From positions 7,752,634 through 7,816,633 of the forward strand of contig CP154954.1 of NCBI GenBank assembly GCA_039621445.1: a stretch of DNA of 64,000 nucleotides, written 5' to 3'. The position numbers and the translations under genes are program-made. Source of the stretch: Euglena gracilis. Taxonomy: Eukaryota. The notes under the pieces are model-generated. The model did not search any database, had not been told where the DNA came from, and saw only the letters and a list, made by a program, of their open reading frames with translations. Shown here piece after piece: positions 1 to 12,790 of the stretch; position 1 is the first letter of the stretch, and every line of letters starts with the position of its first letter.

Positions 1-979
1 TGCCTGATGGGTGAGGGGCTCCCTAGCCCAAAAATAAGCCGCCACTCCGAAAACCAGTCAATGACCTCGAGGTGCTGCTGTTGCAGCTGCGCAATCGAGA
101 TATGTGATGTGCCACAGGGTGTGACTCGCAGTGGGGTTGCCTTCGTGCTGTGCCCCGCAAGGGAGGGATCATGCTGGCGACATGTCCACCAATTACAAGT
201 GCAGTTGTAATTAATTCACTTGTAAGTGTATAAGGCAGCCCGAAACTACTGGGCCCCCCGCCGGGGGGGGGGGGGGGCAGTAGTTAATCCGGGGGGTCAA
301 AATAGTTTTTTTTTTGCGTTAATGATGGAATAGGGTTAGGTGCGCGACTTAGGGTTAGGGTTAGGCCTAACTAATAGACGGGTGTTCGGTGTACAAGTTA
401 GGCCTAACCCTAAGCCTAAGTCGCGCACCTAACCCTATTCCATCATTAACCCCAAAAAAATAATACCTTGTTAATTGTTAATTGTTAATTGTTAATTGTT
501 ATTGTTAATTGTGAATAAGTTATTTTTGATTATCAGGGTATTATTTGGGGGGTTCAAGCATTGCCTGAAAAATGTGCATGGGCTATTCACGATTACCAGG
601 GATTTTTACAGGGAATTTTGGGGATTGCAGACCCAGGAACCTGTTGCACACCTCGATTGAAAGCTTTTATTGAGGGCTTCGACAGACAGCAACAGATTTC
701 AGCCCAGCCACGCCGCACCGCGCTCTTATTCTGGACGATTGTCCGCGCTGAAATTTAAAATATCTGTTGGTCAGGTTTGGCACTTCAGTTGCCGTACTAC
801 ACCTCAATCGAGAGCTCTTTACAACGCCTTTCAACAGATGGCAACAGAATTAAAGATATTTTTGCATCTGGGTTGGTCATGAGCAAATTCTACGAACTTG
901 AGCTGAGAAAAAAATTCAAAAAATAATCATTTTCTCCAAATTATTTGTGAGAACCAAACACCTATAGTTGACCCCCAGA

Positions 980-1042
980 TTTTCGTCATTTTCGGCCATT
1001 TTCGGCCATTTTCGGCCATTTTCGGCCATTTTCGGCCATTTT
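980..1042. repeat. (TTTTCGGCCA)n decamer tandem repeat
   Basis: Directly visible, about 6 copies. Confidence 0.9.
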
Positions 1043-1214
1043 TACTATAGGTGCTTGGTGAGAACTTCAAAAATAATAAACCCTTTTTAGTGATGAGCAC
1101 ACAACAAACATTGGTGCGGCAAACTGATTGTGCAAAAAACAAAAATAACATTTTCAAATATTAGAAACAGTTGAATCCTTTCTTCACCCTTCCTTGCAGT
1201 AAAACGCACGCGCA

Positions 1215-4200
1215 CAGTTGGAGCCAGGACACAGCAGGGATGGTCTTGATGAGTCCCAAATGCATGCAGCTCGTAGCGCTGCCCTCCCCATGACAGCTCA
1301 GGACTGGGAGCCTCTGGAGCAGAAACCTCAGCCTGTCAGCTCAGGATATGAACCCGGGTGACGACAAAAAAAAATGTTTGAAATGTAACTTGTTCGAAAA
1401 GGAGGAAAGGATGCAACCTGAACCCTTATTGTTGGGGTACAGGGAAGGGGGTTCCTTTGGGGGGGGGGGGTTGTGCTTTGTGTTCTTCTGTGAAACAACA
1501 AAAAAAAATCAATTTAAAATTTGAAAAAAAATATTTCATTTTATTTCATTTTTAAAAAGGGTGGGAACTGAAATAAAAAATGATAAAATCATTCTGCCTT
1601 CGGCATAATTTTTCAAGCACTTTTTGGGGCTCTTTGCGATGTTCTGTCATCCATTTTAAAAAGATTCTATGATTTGTGTCCACACAGGTACTGTGGCAAG
1701 GAGGAGATATACAGATTGTGCAAATAACATTTTTAAATTTGAGGGCGGGGGCACAAATTCTGAAATTTTCAGTTGTTTGTATGTTTCCCTCTGTTTCTGG
1801 AAATGCAGTTTCCCCAAATGAAAAGTGGTCGTTGCCAGCAGGTACAAATATTGCTTTCAAATCTCCTGCGAATTCTCTTTGAACATTGCAACACGTCGAA
1901 TTTGAAACATGGTGCTCCCATAAGTGGATTTGGATTGACCAGCATCGCACTACATTTTCAAGTGGGAACAGTGCGGGGGGGAACAGCTCGGGGGGGGGGG
2001 GGCATGGTAATTTTATGTCGCTCGGCACCAGGCCTGCAAAATGAGGGATGGGCTGGTGCTTTGCTGTCCTTCCTTGAAATCACAATGAGCACCTCGCTGT
2101 GTTCCTCCCTGCACTAAGGTAAACCATAATAGACGAGGTTAAAAGTGAACAAGCACTCACTGACTGCATGCAACCCCTTTCAACCTTTCCGCCATGTGAT
2201 AAAAAAAAACAAATAGGATTGAACTTCTGGATGAGTGAAAGGATAAAAAAAATAATTATTTCTATGCATTGCCATTGCGCATAGTTTTAGAGACAAAGGC
2301 AAATACATTGGCCACACACATGAAAACGACATCATTGGCACGTAGAACGGCTGGAAGAAACTTTCAGCGAGTTCTGTCCTGGCTGAAGTAGATGCTCGAG
2401 CTGGGCTGCCAGCCGCTCCCAAGCAGTAACCGTGCTAAAATCAGCGATTTCAAACCATTCTTCGAACTCAGGCCTTGCACCACCCCCCCCCCAAATGGCA
2501 AGGGGCTTTTGGATCTGGCAGATGTCAATCAAGGTCCAAAAAAATGACCACAACTGGAAAAAAATTGTTCCACATCTCCAAATTCACATGTTGCATTTCT
2601 TTTCTTTGGGGGGGGGGGCAATAATTTAACAACCATTTTGAAGGTCGATTAGGACTTCTACCTCCCCCCGCACTCTTGAGCTAATTGAAAGAGGTCTTCT
2701 AGGGGGCTGAACAACGCCATTTGGGGTCATTTCAGGCACCGAGTCCTGAGGTCCAGGACAGCCCGATTCGGTCTGTCCCCACACCCCCTGACGGGACTCC
2801 ATTGCGCATTTGCACAACCGCGCTGTTTGAAACTCATCTCACGACGCAGGGAGAGAACGGCTGTCGCAGAGTATGAACACCAGAGGGGATAGAGCACAAT
2901 GGGGGACGGGTGGATGGAAGCCTTCTCTCGGTCATGTTGTCTCAAAATTGGGTAAACATGGGTAAACACGCTGACATGGAATTGAAATGAGATGAGATGA
3001 GAGATGAGATGAGATGAGATGAGATGAGATGAGATGAGATGCTTCCAGACCACTCTCTCTCCGCCCAAAGCGATATAAATAAGAAATTTAGGATGGGTAA
3101 CGACTGCGCATCTACGCAATGGGCACCCTCATGTAGGTTGTGTCCGGCAGTGGGCTCATCAACACCCACAACCCTGGCACCCAGGTGGTTCCCTACTGTG
3201 AACTACTGCAACCCTCCTCCCGCTTCAACCTCCAAGGGATCAAACTCTCTGGCACGCCGTTCTTGAAGCTCCTCAGCAACATGTGCGTTGATTCCACCCT
3301 GTAGACAACTCAGCAGATAACCCTTTATGGACATTTTGCAGAGCCTAAAACAAGCCAAATTTCACCTGGACTGCGCAACGCTGTCTGGGGAACACAGTCG
3401 GGGCTTCGAAAGCGAGGGACTGGAAACGGGGGGTTTGGCCCTTTTCGGGGGGGGGGGGAATTCACATCTCCCGGAGTCGAAACCCGGGGATTTGAACTTT
3501 TCTTTAACACAATCCCGATTAAAACTAATTCCGAAAATTGCGATTTCCCAATTCTCCCACAATTTTTCCGCAATTTTCCCGCAATTCTTCTGACATCGAT
3601 TTTCCCCCTGGGGACAGTCCAGGGCCATGGAGTTGGGCCAGTGACCAGACAACAGACAGTTGTTCTGGATGAGACCCCCGAACAGGATTTGTTGACACCA
3701 GAAACGACTGGTCGTGAACAGTTTTTGCCATCCCGGAAAAAAAAGAGCAATCAACGTTTTTAGGGGGTGTCTTATGATTTGGAAAGCCATCCACTTCGAA
3801 AATGCTTTCCTGAAGCCGAGGTTCCAGGGGCCAGCAACATCTTCAGAGCAGCGCGCGACTTGAAATCAGATTCAGATCGAACGAACAATCGACTAGTTGA
3901 CTGGTCGTACCGACCTCCAGGGAACCACTTTTGGAGGTGAACTTTGGGTTCAAAAAGACTTTCTTCGCTTTGTGTCCTTACCTTAAAAAAAGGCCAAAAT
4001 GACCAAAACGCTGCCTCCGGCGGGGAACCCAAAAATCCCTTTGGGGTAAACCCTCCCCCCAAATAATACCCCCCAAATAATACCCAAATAATACCCCCCC
4101 CCAAATAATACCCCCCCATTGGGGTCCGACTTCAGCGACCGGATTAATCCCCCCCCCCGGTTTCGGCCGAAGGCCCGCACTTTGAACTGAAAATACAGGT

Positions 4201-5590
4201 AAAAATCACAATATTTTATTTGCATGCAAATAATTTGAAATTAGGTCAAAAATGCCCTGGTTGAGTGATAAAAATATTTGGTACCCAGGGGATCAAAACA
4301 AGTCAAGTTGGAGTTGGGGGATGGTCATGTTTTTGGTTGCGAGGAGAGAACAGGTGTGCTCACAAGGTCTGTTCATCTTCAACATCTCCCTCCTCATTCT
4401 CCTTCACCTCTCCATCGCTAGTTGGCTCGCTGGGGCAAGAGATCCCCGCTGCCATCTACATTCCAGTTAGTGGAAAGCAACATCCGTGCAACATAAAAAT
4501 GATATGACAAAAAATCACCTGTGAAACAAAAAAGCTCCAAACCAGTTGATTCCTTCTGGGTTTGTTTTGTGACATTTTTGTTCCATTTTCAAACATTTGG
4601 TTCTTAATCTTTTTCTTTAAAAAAAAATATCTCGTCTCTTTCAGGTCTCCTTTCTCCTTTCTCCCCCCTATTCAATGGAAATTTTGGGACCCTTCATTTT
4701 CATGCCAGCATAATGCCCGTAAAAAGCCATTTTGGACGCTAAAGCCCACCCCCCCCTTATTGAAGCCCCCACCAATCGAGAAAATGGCCTGGGGAAATTT
4801 TCCCGCCACCTGGGGAAAACTTGGGCGGTCCAAAAATGGCAAAAAAAAATAGACAAAATTTTGGACGATTTTGGCAAATAATAACAACCAATATTTTTCA
4901 CCATCAAGGTCATTTTCTTTGACCAACACCCCTCAAGCTTTTCAGACCAGAAGTTTTTGCGTGGAGCTGGACTCTTTTGCCGGGGGGGGGGGGGCAACAT
5001 GGACCCTCAAAAAAGGTGGCGCAAAAAAAAACACAAAAAAAACACAAAAAAAAGCAAAAAAAAGTGCAAATTCCATGTAAAATCCTTCAGGAGCTCCCCC
5101 AGGATGAGCACTCTGCTCCACTGGAGAGGACTGGGATGAATTTTCCGCTTCGCTAGGGAAAATTACATTTTGCCTGAAAATAAGCTTTATTTAACAAAAA
5201 AAATGGCAAAAATGGCAAAAAATTTGACAAATTTTTTGGTCTCGAGGAATTTATCATCCAACTCCAAATCCAAAAATCGCTGGGAAAGAAAAACACAAGC
5301 ACAAAAAAAGAAAATTTTGCCAAAATCGAAAAAACGTGTATGAACAACACATCTGCGTTCCCCCCTGCTGTAACCTCGCCGGCGGTGGGTATGGGGGTGT
5401 GGGGGGGGAATGGGTGAACTTCACCGGTGAACTTCACCACCGAAAGTGCCCCCCCCCCCCCCCGGTGAACGTTCACCGGGGGTCTACAGCCTCCCCCCCA
5501 CCCCGTACTGCCTAACCTCCAGCGCTGTGCGATGTGGCTGAGTTCTGTGGGTGCCAAGCGAAAGGTCTTGGGGAGATTGCTCAATTGATA
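1215..5590 (-). CDS. Possible multi-exon gene of unknown product (not resolved)
   Basis: Several coding-like islands lie between repeats on the minus strand, e.g. ~4360-4450 DGEVKENEEGDVEDEQT followed by GTGAGC, ~5085-5130 LQWSRVLILGELLKD, ~3790-3980 and ~1215-1340. No recognisable domain; junctions not established. Confidence 0.3.
2987..3041. repeat. (GAGAT)n microsatellite
   Basis: Directly visible. Confidence 0.95.
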
Positions 5591-6914
5591 TGCTAAATGG
5601 TGCCTGAACCGTGGGATTTGACAAATTTAGATCAAAATTTACAATCGCTGAAAATAAGAGCTCTATGCATTATGGCTGAATTATGTGGCCATCTGTTGAA
5701 AGCCCTTGAGAAGCGCTTTTGATTGATGGGTAACATGGCTTCAGAAGTGTGAAATCTACCAATTTCGGCGACCAATTCCGGCCAAAATTGCCCATAAGTG
5801 TCCCAAACATGGGTATTTGGGGGGAAATTGGCCGTGAATCCTTGGCCGCCAGTTCGGGCGTGAAGCCGGAACCCTCAAGACACGATTTCAAAAAACTGTG
5901 TCCAGGACCCCGGTTCGGGCTTCTGCCCAAACCGACGTCCTGGACACGGCGATTCCGAAAATGCACATAGGATCAGAGATAATATTTTTCAAGTTAAACC
6001 CCCACCCCACACCCTCCACTGAGGTTTGTGGAGGCAGCAGTTTTTGCAATGTATGCCCGGACCCGCCCCACTCGACTGGTCCGGTTGAGTCGCAACTCGA
6101 AGGGGGGGGGTCCCGTGGGACCCCCCCCCCCCCCGCCTGGGCTCCGAGATGTGTTGAGGGGGAGTATGGGGAAGGGGGAGGGGATGGGGTGGGTGTGGCT
6201 TTTGTTTTTTTAAAACGGCGTTTGAGACGCCGGGCTTTAGGACAGAACCGGCGTCCCCCCCCCACGGGTTTTCCGGACGCCGGTTCTGTCCTAAAGCCCG
6301 GCGTTAGGAACGCCGGTTTTGTCCAAAGCCCGGCGTCCGGTTTTCATTCCTAAAAATGTCACCAAAAGTGCCCAAAAGTGGCCCTAAGGCGCTGGTATGA
6401 CTGTTTCAACCATCTAGGACATCTAGGACATGAATTTTGCCATCTGGGGACCAGTGGGGTGGACATCCAAATTTGGTGGAAATTGGCCCAGATTTGGAAA
6501 TAGAGTACCGTGCAGCGTGGAAAGATCTGATGAGCACCGCTGGTCGTCTGTTGAAAAGAGCTTTCGATCGAGGGGTAACTTGGTACCCAAACGTTGCAAG
6601 CAGCCCGAGGCCAGAATCTGAGTCGAAACTTGTGGTAATTTTCAGTGATTTTTGGTTTGAGATGCTGAATAAACCTTACAGAAACGTTTTTTCCATTCGA
6701 ATCGACCACCTGAGGGGTCCTAGAGGGCACCAGAGTTTTGAAATTAGGGTTTCCCGGTGACAGAAAATAAGAGCTCCAGGCGGCGTGGCTGAATTTGGTG
6801 GTGATCGTCAGTCGTCTGATGAAAAGAGCTTTCGATTGAGGGGAGAGTTTGTACTGGGACGATTGACATAGCCAACCGGAGGGAGCACCGGAGGGAGCTG
6901 CCACCTCGGTCGTC

Positions 6915-7163
6915 ATGGATAACCTTCCTAACCCCTTCCCGATCCTGAAGACAGAAACCACCGAGGAGCGCATGCAAGGAAAGCCTTGTGCTCGGTGTTT
7001 TCTGCCTTTGGGCAAGCGAGGCTTGCTTCGCACAATGGATTGCAATTTGTGCCACGAATTTTGGCACCTTGACTGTGCTGGCTGCACCATGCTCCCCGCA
7101 ACAGTTGGTGTTGTCCTTGGTGTGATGGTAGGGAGATGCCCCCCATGCCCGCTCGTGTTCTGA
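6915..7163 (+). CDS. Isolated PHD-like zinc-finger coding segment (probably a mobile-element remnant or orphan exon)
   Basis: CARC...MDCNLCHEFWHLDC...RCPPC fits the C4-H-C3 spacing. Confidence 0.5.
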   Translation: MDNLPNPFPILKTETTEERMQGKPCARCFLPLGKRGLLRTMDCNLCHEFWHLDCAGCTMLPATVGVVLGVMVGRCPPCPLVF

Positions 7164-7277
7164 ATGCGAAGCGCAAGCACTGAGGATTACACCAACTGTC
7201 TACCTCCGCTTTTTTTTGTCCTGGAACAATCCATTGGCATGACGTTTGCCTGCACCAGGTTTTTTCGGTGGCAGCTC

Positions 7278-7748
7278 TAAGGTTGCTTCGATTAATCGAT
7301 TAATCGATTAATCGATCGAGACCCCCTGATTAATCATTCAATCGGCAGGGGGGTCGATTAATCAAAAATAATTGCCTCCGTTAAAAAGCAGCCATTGCAC
7401 ATGGAAAAAGTCCGCATGCTTGACTTCAAGACAATGACAATGGCATGCAACAAACACAGAAGATGGATCATTTGCGAAACACTGCTTCTTTCAACCGTCA
7501 CTCGTCCACCTCCTCCTTTACAGGGGCAGAAGGGTCAACAAATGCGGGATATTCATACGAACCGACATCGGGGCTTTGACTGATTCATCATCCAGGTTCG
7601 CTCGCAAATCACTGTGGAGCAAACTCTGGTGTGAAAAACTTCTTTCCACACAGGAGAGCATTAATCGATTAATCGATCGGCCCCCCCCCCCCAATTAATC
7701 GGCAATTATCGATCGACAGCCTCAAGATCGATTAATCGGGCAACCTTA
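7278..7748 (-). mobile_element. Internally deleted hAT-type DNA transposon retaining a transposase C-terminal dimerisation-domain remnant
   Basis: TIR TAAGGTTGC...GCAACCTTA, subterminal (TTAATCGA)n repeats and flanking direct repeat GCAGCTC. Minus strand ~7658-7518 translates to LSCVERSFSHQSLLHSDLRANLDDESVKAPMSVRMN, matching the hAT ER-x-FS...R-x-x-L motif. Confidence 0.75.
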
Positions 7749-8639
7749 GCAGCTCCCATCCTCCCTGTGCTTTGACGGCTTCTTGCTATCTTGACAACCA
7801 TCCAACTGTTGTTTCAGTGTCCCAAATGTGGTTGCAACCATATTCATTTCGGCTGTTTGAAAATTTGGGGGGGGTCCACCGGACTCAAGACAAAGCCGGT
7901 GGACCCCCTCCACCGGCTTTGTCACCCCTGAGTCCATCGTAGGGGGTCACCGGCATTGTCCTGAGTCCGGTGGGGGGGGGGGTCACCGACTTAGGACAGA
8001 ACCGGCGTTCACCCCTCGGGCTAGGGAGCACTTAGAAATACGTTCACTTGCGTTCCCCTTTAGGCCCAGGGGGGAACAGCCAAAAATTCCCAAAGTTAAT
8101 TCCGAAAAAAACCCAGGGGTTCAAATATAAAATCTCCCCCCAAACTCTGAAACCGTGTTCAGTCCACAATGTACACCGGCCGTGAAAACCGTGTTCAGTC
8201 CACGTGTACGGCGTGGTGTACATGTGGACGTCCACGTGTACACCTGGTGTACATGTGATCTAAACACGTGTACACCATGGTGTACCAACACCCCCCCCCC
8301 CTATTTGGCCGCCCTCCGGGCGGCCCGGACCCCCCTTTTGGCCAATTAGGGGGGGGGGACAATTAGGGGGGGGGGTTACCCCTAACCCCCCCCCCTAATT
8401 GGCCACCTGGGCCCCGTCCTTCATAGTCGCGAACCCCCGTAAAACACCCGAATAAGGGCATTTTCCCTTGAAATGAGTAACCCCCCCCCCTAATTGGCCA
8501 CCTGGGCTCTGGCCAATTAGGGGGGGGGACAAATAGGGGGGGGGGTCACGTTACACGTGGACTGATCACGTGTACACCAGGTGTACACGTGGACGTCCAC
8601 ATGTACACCACGGTGTACTGGGATTTGTTTCTACGGGAT

Positions 8640-9330
8640 TGCAACGGGAAATGTCACGCCTCTGGTGAACATAAAGAAAGAACTCACTTGGCAACAAATG
8701 TGCGGGTCGATGAAAGGGTGACGTGCAAACATCAGCTGCAACGCACCCGAGGCTCCACTGTGCCTGGACAATTTTTTTTAGGCCCTCCGCTCTGTACGCA
8801 GTTGAAAACCCAAGGCACAGTACATCCCGACGCTGTACGGCCAAAATGAGTTTCAGCTGTACCAACTGCACCAACCACTGAAATCAATTCCTCCTCGGTG
8901 AGCACTGTGTTGGATGGGTCCCCCTGCCATCCAACGGCTTTTCCACCAAATGCTTTGGTCAACAATGGCTTGAAGAAAGCATTGAACTTTGGGAATTGAG
9001 AAACAGAAGATGGTACAATTGGGGCTGTGGTGCGGTCTGATACCTTGAACAAATATGCAAGGGAGTTGACATACGAACGGAAAGATAAAACAGACATAGA
9101 ACGCACACAAAAATTGGTGCCAGCCTTTTCCGTTCGTGCTGCCACACAGACCTGTTGCTGCTCCGGAGTTGAATACAACTCCGTCGCATCAATGCACCAC
9201 CGAGACCATCCCAAAAAGCAATCGTCCAGCGAGCCGTGTTGTACCCCATGGGCTGCGCAAACACCCATGTAATCCAAAAACAATTCAGGGCAGCAAGTCG
9301 GGCCCGGTGGTAGTCCATAGGCGGGGCGAC
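8640..9330 (-). pseudogene. Frameshifted coding remnant, possibly tyrosine-recombinase-like (Crypton/DIRS-type)
   Basis: Two overlapping frames read ...SFRSYVNSLAYLFK...VLTEEELISVV and ...QRRDVLCLGFSTAYRAEGLKKI, resembling the YR box I pattern RD...G-x-R-x-x-EL. Flanked by GTGTACAC-rich repeats. Confidence 0.4.
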
Positions 9331-12239
9331 GTTAGGGTTGGGTATTGGGCCAAGCAGGGTGTCCTCTTCCTCTGATGGAGATTTCACCTTGTGCAAGGAC
9401 TGCACAATCTTCTCCACTGTGGGGCTGGGGCATCTGGCACTCGGCAAGGTTGCCCAGGCACATCATGGCTGAGGAAGACGCGAAGGGTTTTCTTATGCCG
9501 AACATAGAAACTACAAGGAGGAGAGGAGAATTCTTTTTTTCAGAAAAACCAGCATTGCGCTTGACCCGTTTTCACCCAGGTGTACATGTGGACGTCCACG
9601 TGTACACCTGGTGTACATGTGATCTAAACACGTGTACACCATGGTGTACACGTGGACTGATCACGTGTACACCAGGTGTACACGTGGACGCCAACATGTA
9701 CACCACGGTGTACACAAGATCCCCCAAAGTGTACACATGATCACCAAAAACACCATATTTCACGCGAATCACGTGGACTTGAACACGGTTTTCACGACCG
9801 GTGTACATTGTGGACTACAAACACGGTTTCAAGATAGAATCGTGATCTGATCCCGCTTTCACACCGTGAAACCCGGGGGCGCCTACGGCGCCCCCGGTTT
9901 TCACGGTGTGAAAGCGGGATCAGATCACGATTCTCCTTATAGAAAAAGCCATGGGGCTCCAGCCCGACCCCCCCCCCTTTGTTGTCCCACCGACCTGCCC
10001 CCGGGAGGCCCGACCGGACAATAAGGGGGGGGGGACAATAAAGGGGTACCAAAGGAATTTCATTGGCCGGGCCAAAAAAAACCCCAGTCGGCCGGGGCCC
10101 AGGGACAATGGGGGGTCGGCACGCCGTGGCGAGCCGTCCGGCTAGGGGGGGGGGGGAGGGGGGTTTTTGGCGTGGCGAGGGGGTCCCGGATGGGGAGGGG
10201 TGCGCGGGGGTTTTCCAAGAAAATTTTCTTTGGCACGGTTGACATGGCGTGGCGAGGGGGGTCTGAAAAGGGGGGGGAGGGGGGGTAAAATGGCGTGGCG
10301 AGGGGGTCGGTGAGGGGGGGGGGGTGTGCCGACCCCCCAATAAAGGGGGGGGGACAATAAAGGGGGGGTGGTATTCCCCAACCGCATTTCTGAAAAAAAA
10401 GCCCAGTGGGGTCCAGCCAAAATTTCCCAACCATATGTCTGAAAAAAACCCAGCGGGTCCAGCCAACATTTATCAACCGTAATTCTGAAAAAAGGCTCGG
10501 GGGGGTCCAGGCATTGAATATAAAGTGTTTAAAACAGAAACATTTGCCCTTTTGATTAAAACACTGATATTTTTCGGGGCATTGTTTTAAACACTTCGCG
10601 ATTCGCGAAAATGCAGGTGGCTAATATTTAAGATACATTGTGTTTCCTGTTGCCACCCAAAGGGCGGCGAGACGGGAGTGGAGATATTCACAAACAACAA
10701 CTTCAGATTGGAAAAAGGAAGACTTTTTCCCCCTCCGACCATGAGTTTTCGGCTTGTTTGGCCACCCAAAGGGCGGCAAGACGGTAACAATGTGAACATG
10801 TGAAGAGCCCGCATGTATTGAAGAAAGCTTCCCAAAAAAATTTCCTTGCCGTGCCTCTTGAGGGGGGGTAGGAATTTTCGGGTGTTTTGGCTCTCCGATC
10901 CAAAGTTGAGAGTGCCTTTTCTGGGTGCCCAGTTGCGCTTGCCCTTGATGGCTGCAGCATTCCGGTCGCCAAAAAGGAGGACATTTGTCAATCGTAAAAA
11001 ACAGACATTTATCCTTGTCAGTCAGAAACCCAGGGAATTACCATGCCCCCCCCTACTGTTCCCGTCCCGTGGCCCCCTTTTGGGTCCATGGGAACAGTAC
11101 CATGCCCCCCCCCCATATAAGACCCCCCCTCGGGAGCCAAAATCCCAGGGGGGGGTCTTATATGGGGGGGGGTCTTATATGGGGGGGTCGGTCCCGGCCA
11201 AAGGGCCGGCCTTCGGCCGGCCAGGGGGGGGTCTTATATGGGGGGGGGTCTTATATGGGGGGGGGGGCATGGTAAGGGGGGGAGACAGTAAGGGGGCCCC
11301 CTTACTGTTCCCAAAAGGCCACCTAAAATGCAAAATGAAGCTTTTTTGGTTGACATGCTTGAAAATTGCACCTCCACAACATCCATTTTGGCATTAGGTT
11401 GGATTTTGGTGGGATGGAAAGCACCTAAAACCGACCAAAAAACCCCCCTTTTTGCCTTGTGTTCCAAGAATCCTTTACAAAAAGTGCTTTGACACTGTAC
11501 TGTTCCCGTCCCCCCAATGGGAACAGTAAGGGGGGGGTAAAGGGGGGGGCATGGTAGTTGCATCGGTTTTGTCAAAAATGCTCCGGGGAGACCATTAGAG
11601 CATTACCCCCCCCCCCTATTGTCCCCCCCCCCTTATTGTCCCTGGGCCCCGGCCGACGGGGGATTTTTTGGCCCGGCCAATGAAAATTCCTTTGGTTCCC
11701 CCTTATTGTCCCCCCCCCTTTATTGTCCAGTCGGGCCTCCCGGGGAGAGGTCGGTGGGACAATAAGGGGGGGGGGGGTGGTAATGCTGCCCCCCCCCCTG
11801 TACAGTTGGGATTTTCGGGAGCCCCCCCCCAGTGCCGACCCCCCTGAGATACCGACCCCCTGAGGTAGATGAAAATTTTGACACCAAAAATGGCCTTTTT
11901 AGACCAAAAAGGCCTTAAATTTTTTTTGGGTTTTGGTTTTTGGTTTTTGGCATTTTTGAGGGGGGGGGTTGGCAGTACAGTCGGGACCCCAGGACCCCCC
12001 CCCCCCGGGTGTTGAGGCAGTACACCAAAAAGTGCCAAAAAATGCAAAAAAAATCAGACCTCGGGACCCCCCCTCCCCCCTGCCAACGCCCTTATGGTGA
12101 GGGACTGTGCTTGAGCAAAGCTGAAGGGTGGAGGGTGGAGGGAGGAGAGGGAGGAGAGGGAGGTAAGGGGGTGGAATGGGAGAATGGTCGCGTTTGAGGG
12201 AAGAAGAGAAAGAGGGGGAGGGGGGAGGGATGAAGAAGC

Positions 12240-12790
12240 CACGGCACTGTGCTCATGTAAAAATCAAGCTTGCGATCGGTAGCTCTTTCTGCCAGACGCA
12301 GTTGGCGGGTTACTGCCTGCGCCAATGCCACACATAGATTCTCTGTTAGCTCTTGGAACCGGCGTTGTTTGACAGAGCCGGCGAATGAGTTCGCAGCCAT
12401 GTGGAGAATGTCTCGCAGAAGCTTGGTTGCTGTCGGACCAGGGCAGCCCCACGGATCGACGTTTGTGGAGTTCAGCGTCTGGCACGGTCCGTAGAACGCG
12501 GGGGAGATTCAAGGGCCAGCGAGAGGGAGCCAATGGAAATGCCTGCTCGTTGGCAGAGATCCACGAGGGCATGTCGGAGGCAGTTGTGTCTTTCGGTGAG
12601 GCTCTTTTTGAGGCAGGTGAGAAGGTATCACCAAAAGGATCGATGGATTCAGAACTTCAGAAGAGAGCATTTGTGTCAGGAGAGAATCTTTCACGGTGGG
12701 CAGCGCAGCTTCACCCAGACCGTGCCCCGGGCCCAGGGAAACGTCTCTTTTGGCCCTCGCCACAAGGAGAACGCAAGGAACAGAGTTGTG
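12240..12790 (-). mobile_element. Degraded fragment related to the RLE retrotransposons
   Basis: 12690-12770 is nearly identical to 17485-17560. The minus-strand peptide RRFQELTENLCVALAQAVTRQL resembles the element C-terminus. Confidence 0.5.
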
